A DNA stretch of 43,705 nt from Craspedostauros australis (lineage: Eukaryota): assembly GCA_030167865.1 (NCBI GenBank), contig JALAGF010003975.1:1-43705 (forward strand), given 5' to 3'. The notes under the pieces are model-generated. The model had not been told where the DNA came from and did not search any database. It saw only the letters and a list, made by a program, of their open reading frames with translations. Both the position numbers and the translations under genes were made by a program. Each line of letters starts with the position of its first letter. Positions within the stretch are counted from its first letter, which is position 1. Below, one piece after another: positions 10,682 through 21,070 of the stretch.

Positions 10682-13087
10682 ATGGCGGAGAACAAGGGCA
10701 AGGGAAACAGCGGCAACGCAACTGGCACAGCTGCTGCAGCAGCATCGGCAGCATCGAACAAACCGCCAGATCCCAAGGAAGTGCTGAACGTGAACATCGG
10801 CATCCTGGGACATGTGGATTCCGGAAAGACCTCGTTGGTCAAGACGCTGTCCACTCTGCTGTCGACGGCCGCCCTGGACAAATCCAACCAGAGCCGTCAA
10901 CGTGGCATGACGCTGGATCTGGGCTTCTCCTGCTTCTTCCTTGACATGCCAGACCACCTGCAGGCGCAGCATCCTGACAAGACCAAGCTGCAGATCACTC
11001 TGGTCGATTGTCCCGGCCACGCCTCCCTCATCCGCACCATCATCGGAGGCGCGCAGATCATCGACATGGTCCTCCTGGTCGTGGACGCCTACAAGGGATG
11101 GCAGGCGCAGACGACGGAGTGCCTCGTCCTGGCGGAGCTGACAAGCCCGCATCTCATCGTCGCGCTCAACAAGATCGACATGTTCCCACCGGACGAGAGA
11201 GAGGCCAAGGTCGAGCAGGCCAAGGCGGCCGTGGAACGACGGCTGCACCACACCCGCTTTGCCAACCGGACGCCCATGATCGGGGTGTCCGCCTGCGTCG
11301 GTGGTGAGAAGGTTGCGGCGGCGACGGACGATGCGGCGGCGCCATCATCCGATGTCATCGTGGTGGGGAAGAACGAGACGTACAACGTCGACAGGCTCGT
11401 TCAGTTGCTGCACACGACGTTGCCGCAGCCTCGACGGTCGCTGCAGAAGGATGCGCCCTTCTACTTCGCCATCGACCATTGCTTCCCCATCAAGGGGATG
11501 GGAACCGTCATCACCGGCACGGTCCTCAACGGCCAGGTCAAGGTCAACGACATGATCGAGTTCCCGACCCTCGGGCTCGAGCGCAAGGTCAAGTCCATGC
11601 AGATGTTCAAACGCAAGGTCAAGTCCATCCAACAGGGCGATCGCGCTGGCGTCTGTGTCAGCTCCCTCGATGCCAACCTCCTCGAACGCGGTGTGGCATC
11701 CGCGCCCGGTGCCGTCCAGCTGCTCAAGAGCGCCATCGCCCTCGTCAAGAAGATACCCTACTTCCCCGGCAGGCTGGCGCAGTCCAGTAAGTTCCACATC
11801 AGCGTCGGTCACACCACCATCATGGCGACGGTCACATTTTGGGGTGCCAGGGAACTGGCTCAGATGCAGGCCCAGCAGACACAAAGTGACAGCAGCAACA
11901 ACAACAACAACAACAAGGACAATGCAGGTGCCAACGTCAACACATCACTGGGTGGGGATGCCGACCGTGCGGGACTACCATTTTTGAAATTTGATTACAG
12001 CCAGGACTTTCGATTGCAGGATGAGGGATTGCTGGAAACCTTGCAGGACGCGGACGGTATTCACAATGCATCCAGCAGCGGTGTCAGCAGCAGTTCTGAC
12101 AGCGCCAAGAGCAACGGACGACGGGAACCGCTCTTGCATTGGGCCAAGATCGATTTCCAAATCCCCGTCCACTGTCCGCTGAATAGTCTCATCATCGGTT
12201 CGCGGTTGGATGTCACGGAAAGCCGCGGCAGCGGGAAGGCCGCATCGGCGAAGGACAAGGGATCTACGTCCGTTGGGATGGCGGGTTCGTCGACAAACGC
12301 TGCCACGATAGAATCGGCCTCATCCTGCCGTCTAGCGTTCTGTGGACGCCTGGTCGAGCGAATTCATACCGACGTATCCAACAGCGGCGGCAACAATGAC
12401 ACGAATAACAGCAGCAGCCAACAGCAGCAGATACGGCTTTACACGCCCAAAGAGAAGCGCGGCGTCATTGCCAAGCTTGGCGAGCCCTTCAAACGGGCGG
12501 ACGACGGTAAGATTGTGCGTTACGAAGTCTTCGGCACGGACCTCTTCAAGAAGGAGACCAACATGAAGCCATTCATCGGGATGAAGTTCACCACCGCCAG
12601 TGGCAACGACATCGGCGAGCTCACGTCGTCGTACGGCACGACGGGCAAGTTCCGCGTCCACTTCCCGGCCGGCACGGAAGCCCACGATGGCGACGCGCTC
12701 ATCATGCCCTTCAAACGCTTCGCCAGTGATCCCACCAAGGCGATGCATCAGGATCTGGTGCTGCCCACGGCGCGACCTGGAAGCCGGCTGGAGGTCGTCA
12801 AGAAGACGAAGAAGAAACCGCAGCAGGTGGGCAAAGTTGACAAGGTCAAGGGGGACGTTCTCGAAGCCAACGGCAAGCACAGCATGGCGATCATCGCAGG
12901 GTTCTTCACGCCCGAGATCAACATCCGTGACAAGGTCGGCCAGCGCGTCTTCGTGCCCAGCACTAACGAGGAAGGTACGGTGGCGGGGCCGTTCGGAAAG
13001 GCTGGCAAGTGCAAGGTTAATTTCCCCAAGGGCATATCAGCAGAACCTGGTGCCAAGGCGGAGCTGTACGCCACTGCCAGTTCATGA
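10682..13087 (+). CDS. EEFSEC: Selenocysteine-specific translation elongation factor (eEFSec/SelB), 801 aa, intronless
   Basis: NVNIGILGHVDSGKTSL, STAALDK..QSRQRGMTLDLGFS, LVDCPGHASLIRTIIGGAQIID, QAQTTECL, LNKID, FAIDHCFPIKGMGTVITGT, KFHISVGHTT, IGSRLD, CRLAFCG and LFKKETN are all characteristic of eukaryotic eEFSec. Confidence 0.95.
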   Translation: MAENKGKGNSGNATGTAAAAASAASNKPPDPKEVLNVNIGILGHVDSGKTSLVKTLSTLLSTAALDKSNQSRQRGMTLDLGFSCFFLDMPDHLQAQHPDKTKLQITLVDCPGHASLIRTIIGGAQIIDMVLLVVDAYKGWQAQTTECLVLAELTSPHLIVALNKIDMFPPDEREAKVEQAKAAVERRLHHTRFANRTPMIGVSACVGGEKVAAATDDAAAPSSDVIVVGKNETYNVDRLVQLLHTTLPQPRRSLQKDAPFYFAIDHCFPIKGMGTVITGTVLNGQVKVNDMIEFPTLGLERKVKSMQMFKRKVKSIQQGDRAGVCVSSLDANLLERGVASAPGAVQLLKSAIALVKKIPYFPGRLAQSSKFHISVGHTTIMATVTFWGARELAQMQAQQTQSDSSNNNNNNKDNAGANVNTSLGGDADRAGLPFLKFDYSQDFRLQDEGLLETLQDADGIHNASSSGVSSSSDSAKSNGRREPLLHWAKIDFQIPVHCPLNSLIIGSRLDVTESRGSGKAASAKDKGSTSVGMAGSSTNAATIESASSCRLAFCGRLVERIHTDVSNSGGNNDTNNSSSQQQQIRLYTPKEKRGVIAKLGEPFKRADDGKIVRYEVFGTDLFKKETNMKPFIGMKFTTASGNDIGELTSSYGTTGKFRVHFPAGTEAHDGDALIMPFKRFASDPTKAMHQDLVLPTARPGSRLEVVKKTKKKPQQVGKVDKVKGDVLEANGKHSMAIIAGFFTPEINIRDKVGQRVFVPSTNEEGTVAGPFGKAGKCKVNFPKGISAEPGAKAELYATASS

Positions 13088-13717
13088 TGGGGATGGATGC
13101 GTATGCAGAGTAGAGGAGAGTAGTAATAGAGTAGGAAGATAGCGTGGTGGAATCGAATTCTGTGTAGCAGAACTAATTAGAGCCGAGCAGAGCAGAACAA
13201 TGGCAGTGACATGTTTGACAGCAGAGTTGTCTACCATTCTATGGTACATTGCTCAACTCTGTTGTGACGTATCTGTACGGACGAACATCCCCCATTCCTA
13301 GCTTGGAATTGACTGTGTCATCGTTCGTTCCTTGGTCGACGCTTGTCGACAGTACTTCCTTCAACTGGGGGACGGTGGATCGAAGCGATCTCGACATACA
13401 TCATGACGCATGATGCATGGGACAACAAACAACATGACAACCAGACAATTCTGCTCTGCATGGAACGGAAGACACCAATCCCAATGTGATGTCTGATGTA
13501 CAGGTATGGATGAAAGACTTCCGACTCTATTTGTTGGTATAGCAAAGTTGGTGGTTGTTGCATCCTATGGATATGTATGGTATGGTAGTGTGCGGCAAGG
13601 TAAAACGAGTATCTTTGCTGGGAAGATGGACATCGATGGTGGTGCAGGTTGTGCATCGTGCGATGCTTGGCCAATCCACTGCTCGCATCCCAGACCCAAC
13701 AGGGAAGATGATGCTTC

Positions 13718-16096
13718 TTATTTGACAAGGTCATCAATGACGGAGTAGAGCAAGACACCTCCGATTCCAATTCCGCATCCAAGGAGCTTGATTGGGTCGA
13801 GGGACTCTCCGAGGACAAGGGCGACACCGATGATGACGATGACACGCTTTGCGGTGTTGGCGACGGACTGGGTGACGGCACCGGTCTTCTTGAGGGTCAT
13901 GGTGGCGAGCTCGTTGTATCCGTAGAACCAGAGTCCGGACGCGACAAGGTTCTGCCAGACAGCTGGGGTGCTCTTGGCGATCTTCATGAACTCACCGAAG
14001 CGGTTTCCCTCGCGGGCGATGACGACTGGGATGGAAAGCAAGAATCCGAGGATGGAGGTGATGGCGAACTGGTTTCCGATGGATCCGATACGGTCGGTCA
14101 ATCCCTCGGTCTCCATGAGCTTCTTGTTCTCGTTACCCTTGAAGGCGGCGAAGAGGTTGGCGATGCAGGCAGAGATGAGGGCGGAGACGGCGAAGTCGAG
14201 CTCCTTGACAGAGGCCAAGATGACTCCTCCGATGACGATTGGGAGGCACAACCACTTGGCCTTGGAGACGGACTTTCCGTAGACGAAGGTGGCGATGACG
14301 GCGGCGAAGGCTGGCTCGGCGGCCTTGACGATCTGGGCGAAGGAGACGGCTCCCATTCCCATGGCGAAGACGGAGGCAGAGTGGGCACCCATGAAGCAGA
14401 AGGCGACTGGGAGCATCTTCTTGACATCCTCGAAGGTGATCTTTGGCTTTTGGCGAGCATCCGGTGCCAACCAGAGGAAGATTCCGTAGATGCATCCAAC
14501 ACCGAGCTGCAAACTGGAGATGGTCATTGGGAATCCGGTCTTTCCACCGGCAGCCTTCAAGGCGAGCTTGTTGGTGATGTTGTACTGCGTGTTCGTGGCG
14601 AAATAGTTGAGGAGTTATGTTCCGTCATGCATGTTTAGTGTTGCAAGTTCGATTTGCGTAATCGATGATCAGATGATCCATCGGACGTGTGTTTTTGGTT
14701 TGATTTGGAAGTTGGTTGAGGAAGGGTTCAGTTGTGGGCGAACAAACTGTGTCATGTTTCTGTCTGTTCGTGTGAATCTGTCCGCCCTCGTCAATGATGT
14801 TGCCAATCGCTATCTGCACAAATCGCCATAGCCATCAAATGGATCCCATTGTCGCAAATGCCTGAAAATGCATGACATGGAATAGCGTAGTTCGGTTTAC
14901 ACCCAACCCCACACAATGTGTTTACTTACGTAGTAGTTGCCCACGTACCAGAGGGCGAAGTAGGCGAGGAGACCGAAGTCGATACCTCCACTTCCACCTC
15001 CGCGGACCTTGATGGCATCAGATGCATCAGATGCATCGGCGGCTTCGCTGAGAGCCTGTTGTTGCCCATGTTCACGTTGATGTTATTGGTGCAACGGAGA
15101 GAGCATTGGTTGTTGGTGCGAAGAAGAAGCAACAAATAAGGGTGCGAAGTTCAGAGCAGTGTGAGTGCACGTCGCTCAATTGCATTAGTGTTTGAATACA
15201 CACATGCACATCGAGACACGCTTGATCTTGTGTGGGCGTTGGATTCGCGTATGTGATGATGGGACGTCGTCAGGTACACAACAAGCTTGATGCTGAGTGT
15301 CAAATGCATCTGTCTGCTGTGCTTGCGAGCACCGAAACGCCCATGGTGTTATTCATATCCATGTCCATTTTCATGTTGAGGTTCGCGCTAATCTTCACAT
15401 TGGCATGAGAGTGGCGGTTTGCTATCACCGATTGTACATCATGGAGGAGGCGCCAACGGTGTTGTTTGCATCTCATCTTCCCCAAAACTTGGACGCCAGA
15501 GTGCAACCAGAGTTTTTGCACCCAAACGTGCGGCGCATGGCATTGGCGCGCGACGCAGGCAACCTGATTTTGCCGATCGTCGGCATCATTCGCTGCGGCT
15601 CTGTGGCATTGTCGTCCCCATCATCGTGATGCCCCACCTGCGCTGGTCCGATGCATCCCAAGCTCAGGCATCAGAATGCAGCATGGCGAAGATTCAACGG
15701 AAATTGCTGATGTCATCATGACTTGATGTGATGATGACTCCATTTCCATTGCTTGCCCGAATCTGCGGATCGGATGATACACCGACATGGCATTGCAATG
15801 CCGTGCAAGCAAGACAAGATTGGTGCAGGCTCCGAACATCCACACGCAGGATGAAGCACAGCTCATGCATTGTGATATAATATATTTTATGATATAATAG
15901 TTGCAGAACTTACGACAGAGTTGGCGCGGTTGCCGTGGACATCGACAGGGGTCACCATTGGCTTGCCGGTCTTGGCGAAGGCAAGTCCATTGTTGGTGGC
16001 AGTCTTGACGATGCTCTTTGGGCTACCGTTGAGGCCGAAGGCAGACACTGCCGAGGCGAAGATGGTGAGGAGGGCGAGGGATGATGTGACCTTCAT
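13718..16096 (-). CDS. TPT: Plastid triose-phosphate/phosphate translocator (pPT/TPT family), about 391 aa, 3 exons
   Basis: Exons 16096-15914, 15055-14930 and 14584-13718, all phase 0, with GTAAGT donors and CAG acceptors. Spliced product has the signal ..FASAVSA|FG, then FALWYVGNYYYNITNKLAL, GAVSFAQIVKAAEPAF and SVANTAKRVIVI (conserved K/R substrate residues). Confidence 0.92.
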
Positions 16097-16616
16097 GTTG
16101 GAACGTTGGTTGTGAGGATGTGCGGATCCTGCTGTCGTGTGGCTTTTGTTGACTTGGTTGTCGGCGTTTTTTGTGTGATTTGGCGCTGTGGTGTCAACTG
16201 CAGGGAGAGTGCGCGGATTTTTGGATACTCTTTTGTTTCGCGGTGTGTTGTGCTGCGTCGTGTTGTGATGTGTTGTGTTGTTCTTGGCCCTGTTTTGATG
16301 GATACTCTCTCCCGTGCGCTGTCAAGGATACGCGTCAAACCCATCGTTGTGGCGGGCATGGGCGCTGCTCACTGTTGCTGTTCGTGGCCAACCAAAACCT
16401 TCGGTTGGATGGTCAAAATCTGCCGACGTCCCAAACTGCGACAATTTCGCGACAGCGCAACAGATGGGCGTGTTGTCGCGACAAGATGCTCCTGCACTTT
16501 TGGTGTGCTTCATCACTGTTCGATTTGAAAAAAGGGAATCGGCGATTTTCGATGCCCATCGGCAGATGGCCAGGATACACTGCAACTTCTCCCACAACGT
16601 TTTCCGATTATTGATG

Positions 16617-16624
16617 TGACGTCA
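16617..16624. promoter_or_regulatory. TGACGTCA (CRE/bZIP-type palindrome) in the divergent interval about 520 bp upstream of the TPT start
   Basis: Exact 8-bp palindrome in intergenic DNA. Function is inferred only. Confidence 0.3.
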
Positions 16625-17087
16625 TTTTGTGTGAAACCGTCAATTCACGGTTATCACCGTTAATCCAGCCGAACCATTTGAAATGATTCGCCACGACACA
16701 AAGAATCGTGTTTTGCGAACTCAGTGATGGCATCATGTCAACAAATCTGTTCTATTTCACATTGCGAACGCTGTTTGCTTTGGTTGAGTCGTACACCGAG
16801 CTCAGTGAGCTCAAACAGTACGGGCTACGGCCTTGTTCTGTTTCCATTCTCGCTGTTCTTGATGCGGTTTGGGTGGGACACTCTTGTGGATGCTCATAGT
16901 ACCAACACGCGTACCTACGAGGCATGGTATCGACACGAACATGGCCCGCTGACGCGAACCCATCGTCTTCACACTTCGTTTTGCAGACAAAACAAGGAAT
17001 TGATCCTGCATGCTGTGTCTGTTTGTGCGCTTGCGTGGGTGTGTGTTGGCGTTGGCATTGATTGTTAGTTCCTTTCCTTGTTCTGCG

Positions 17088-17112
17088 GTGATGTGATGTG
17101 ATGTGATGTGAT
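17088..17112. repeat. (GTGAT)5 microsatellite
   Basis: Read directly from the sequence. Confidence 0.85.
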
Positions 17113-17283
17113 GTGTGGTGGGAGTGTAGGTTGCACCTTGGTGGATACGTTCCGAACCCTTTGTTCTGCCCGAAGCGTGGTGGAGGGCAAGAAGAAGCGA
17201 CAGATCGCACGACAGGATGAGGAGAGAGAGAGGGTTCTCAGTCCCCCTCCCTTTCTTTGGCTGAATTCTCTTCGTGGTTCGCA

Positions 17284-17304
17284 CATCATCATCATCATCA
17301 TCAT
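17284..17304. repeat. (CAT)7 microsatellite
   Basis: Read directly from the sequence. Confidence 0.85.
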
Positions 17305-17527
17305 CGTCACCGCAGTCGCCGCCATCGTCGGCAGTACCATCACAACAACAGTCACAAACAATAATCACGATCCTCGACTTCGTTTGTGCTGTCACGCCAT
17401 ACTTCGGCATTCATCATCAGCTCGCCTACCGCTACGACTACACTGTACGATCGTCACTGCCCCTATCACCATTGCTACAGCAATAGCATTCTCGCAACAA
17501 CGCTCGCAAAAACACATCTTTGAAATC

Positions 17528-18535
17528 ATGGCGCTGTCTCTGCTCAACCATCTGTTTTGGGAAGTCCCAGTGAGTGGAGGTCTTGGAGGGATGTGAACGC
17601 GCCAGATTCATATACCATACTACAACAGCATCCATGTTCGAGGCGGCAGGCAAGGAACGGATTGGAGAGATCCAAGCCTGACGAAGCGATGCAGCGCAAT
17701 ATCCATTTGGATCGGCTCCGCCCTCGTCATGCAGCATTCCATCATTCCCGACAATGGCCCATGCAAAGTCTGGATCTTTGCTGGCACAAGCTTCAGCGTT
17801 CTCACCTCTGCCATTCCATCCTCCATGCTCGTAATCCATCCATGTCGCTATCCCAACACGCTCGCGTTTGAATCGTCATCATCCCATGGTACCGTCATAT
17901 TCAGGGTGCGAGGATCGCCTTCGTAAGTTCGCAGTTCTGCATGCGTCCAATTGCCTGAAACAAGAGCAGTTGGATTCCCATGTCGTGCTTGCGCATACTC
18001 GGTGGCATGTCAACGATGCTTGAACGTTTGCTTCTTCTCCACCACACATGCAATACTCTGTGAGCCTCCGGAGAGTATGATTCTCATGTCGCACATCTTC
18101 GGGTCTTCCCATTCGCTGACTCACCCATCCGCTCACTCACCCACACAATCACACACGTCGCTTCATTGCATCACTACAACAAAAACAAACGCCGCGGCAT
18201 GCTGCGTTGGGAACCTCATGTAACACTGTTCGACTCAACTCGACCCTCCACGCTACTCTGCACCACGTGCGTACGTACAACTGCAGGTCGTTGCGGACTG
18301 CGCAGTCCTCGCGGCCTTTCACTTCATCGACAAGGGCGTGAAGGAGGAGGCCCAGACACGCGAGATCAAGACGAGGCAGGTGCTGGATCAAGCCAACAAG
18401 ACCAACAAAGAAGAGAAGAGCGGAATCAAGACGGCCCAGAAGTACCAGGTGCGGAATGAGAAGCGGACGACGAAGCACCAGATGCGCATCTCGAAGCGGC
18501 CACAGAACATCCATCAACCGTCCAAGCATGCCTGA
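17528..18535 (+). CDS. Small hypothetical protein (about 96 aa; hydrophobic N-terminus, basic C-terminal region), 2 exons
   Basis: Exon 17528-17569 (MALSLLNHLFWEVP) ends at GTGAGT. CTGCAG acceptor at 18281-18286 continues in frame as VVADCAVLAAFHFIDKGVKEE...QPSKHA*. Exon 2 has gene-like GC3 codon usage and a CA-rich leader precedes the ATG. Confidence 0.55.
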
Positions 18536-19020
18536 GCTTCCTTCCACCTCTCTGCCATGCCAAACTCCACTGCGTACGAGTATTCTGTCATTTCGCTCAC
18601 ACGGCGTTCGGAGCACTCCGGGCCAGCCAAACTTTGGTACTCATACTACCTATACCACTGTGGAGAGTGAGACAAGACTTCATTCTCGAACCTCGAACGC
18701 CACCTATTCTTGGCATCTATACACAGAGAGAGAGAGAAAGAGCAAATTGATAGCGCAACACGAGGCGACCAGAATCCCAAAAGAGCACGCCACTTCACTC
18801 TTCAATCCTCAACAAAGAATACCGCTGCTACTGCCATAAACCCAGATCACCAAATGAAGCACCCCTAACTAATGACATCATACATACAATCTTCTTGAAG
18901 ACTCTACGAGGCTGACGCAGAGTGCTCTACTCTATCGTACTCCACTCTCGAGTACTCCACCATACTCGTGTACTTCGCTGATTCAAGTTCTTCTTCTGCT
19001 TCTTCCTGCTTCTCTCTACT

Positions 19021-20322
19021 CTACAGCTCGTCCTTGCCCGAGTCCGGCACGAATCTGCTGGACAGGATCTGCTCCACGTACTTGTAGTGACTGTCCTGCT
19101 TGATCCGCTCCAAGTTCTGATTGAACGCCGCCACCAGCTCATCATACTGCACTTGCAGCTTGCCCACCTGATCATCAAATGCTGCTTCGGCCTCCTTGAC
19201 GTCGGTCTCCACCTTGACCGCCATTCCTTCCAAGTCGTCCTCCGACATGGCATCCAGCTTATCCAGCAATTCGAGCTCCTCGTCATTGCAATTCAACTTC
19301 ATGAAATAACTGCAGATTCGGGTGTTGATGTTGTTCTTGGCGAATTCCGCCATGGCATCGTAGTCTCTCTTGCCATCGTACGTTTCCGGACTCATTGGGT
19401 CGCCGTACAGTAATGTGGGGAAGCTCTGTCGCCGAGTCGAGTACGAAAGTGTGCAGGACATGGCACAGCCGTTGCAAATTATCGAGTGCAATGAAAAATG
19501 CAATCATATGTGGTGAGATGAAAATGAGTTGCGCAAGCGTCGTCGTCCCACACAAATGAACATGCACAGCATGCATTGCGAGAGATGGCACAATTTGAGA
19601 ACGCAGCATCGTCCGATTCCATCCAATTGCACGCCGCTTCCACCACCGACGCAGCAACCAGCACGTCACCAATGACCTCCACATGATGTCAAAGCGTGTT
19701 GCCATCCATGTGTCGTCACCCATGATGCTGCCCATGAAACATACCTGCACTTCGAAATCTTCGCACAGAACCTGACCACCATCCGATGTGCAGTCAATTT
19801 CCGCGATCAAGGCAACGTCATGACCTTCGTAGTCCTCTGCAAGCTGTATCCAGCTATCCGCCATCTCCCGACAATGACTGCACCATGGTGCATAGAACTG
19901 GAGTTGGATCGGTCAAGTAGGTTCGTTTGGTTTGTTGTTGGTGAAGAATGCAGAAAGGACGGCACAAGAGTTGATGAACAATGGACAATGAACAGTGAGC
20001 AACAGAAACGAATGCATGAACGAATGCACAGGCTCAACATGCAACAACAGAAGCAACGCCATGACCAGCATCACCGACGATTACAACAACGACCATTGCG
20101 ATGGAGCCAACGAGAGGCCGCACTCTTCTCCTGCAGCGATACACAGCACAACAATGCACAGTGCAGCGCAACACACTTTTCCATCCTCACCTTCATGAAA
20201 ACTGACTTGCCGTATGTCGCAGTTTCGTAATTTTCGTTGGTGAGCACCACAAGACCCGCCGATGCTTGAGGGATTGCGGCAAGCAGCACCGCGGCTGCGA
20301 ACGTTCGAATGGAATTCATCAT
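19021..20322 (-). CDS. ER-resident thioredoxin/protein-disulfide-isomerase-like protein (single Trx domain, helical C-domain, KDEL), about 229 aa, 3 exons
   Basis: Exons 20322-20191, 19897-19745 and 19425-19021, all phase 0 GT-AG. Signal peptide, VFMKFYAPWCSHC active site, IAEIDCT, cis-Pro motif SFPTL, C-terminal KDEL. Confidence 0.9.
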
Positions 20323-20895
20323 TGTGCCGGTCTTCTTCCTTTGTGTGTTCGTATGGTAGAGTGATTGTAGTTGTGGTGTCTTCATCGGCAATCCTTGTTG
20401 ATGTGAGGCATCGCGCCACATCCATCTGTGTGCTTTGTGCAAAAGGAAAACACGATACCAACTCGCACACATTTTTTCCAACGGATAGATTGGATCGACT
20501 CGCACTGGTCAAACCAGACTCTTCGCCTCGACTTCATCGACCAACTTGATGCATTCGTGACCAAATCAGAACTCGTGAATGCAATGTATCCGCTGTTGTT
20601 CATCATTTCCACGTCAGCGGCACCTTCACAAGCTTCACAAACACAACAACAACACGCAGACCCACACAGCGCCAAACAGAGAGGGACACAGCGGCCAATA
20701 AATTCTGTCGATTTTTCGTGGGACATTCCAATCCAACACAACGCGGAAAGGCGTGCGCGCCAAACATCATCAGAAGATTCCAAACCTGCCTGCGCAACAC
20801 AGATCCAAAGCAAGAAAGAAGGAATACGCATCCGAGCTACCAATCCAGACATTGCGGGACGGCTTGTGACTCACATCACCATAACTTCAGCCCAG

Positions 20896-20958
20896 ACACC
20901 TCTGCAACACCTCTGCAACATACCCTCAGCATACCCTCAGCATACCCTCAGCATACCC
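20896..20958. repeat. Compound 11-bp tandem repeat: (ACACCTCTGCA)2 then (CATACCCTCAG)3 plus a partial copy
   Basis: Read directly; ends about 110 bp upstream of the P450 reductase ATG. Confidence 0.85.
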
Positions 20959-21070
20959 ACCGCAAACGCATAGATCGCACAACAGGCGGTCACTCGGCTG
21001 ATAGATCACGCTGGAAATCGCAGTCATTGCAACGTTTCGAAATCAAGGATCAGAGAAGACGCAAGCAACG

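Noticed and set aside
13085..13200. Sec read-through of the eEFSec TGA stop as autoregulation
   Set aside because: Read-through adds only 11 unremarkable codons before TAG, and I see no SECIS-like hairpin downstream.
19879..19892. Perfect 14-bp palindrome TGCACCATGGTGCA
   Set aside because: It falls on the A-P-W-C codons of the thioredoxin active site and is explained by coding constraint.
19870..19897. PDI-like gene near eEFSec as a possible selenoprotein (some algal relatives have Sec in the CxxC)
   Set aside because: Active-site codons are TGG TGC AGT CAT TGT (WCSHC). There is no in-frame TGA and no recognisable SECIS.
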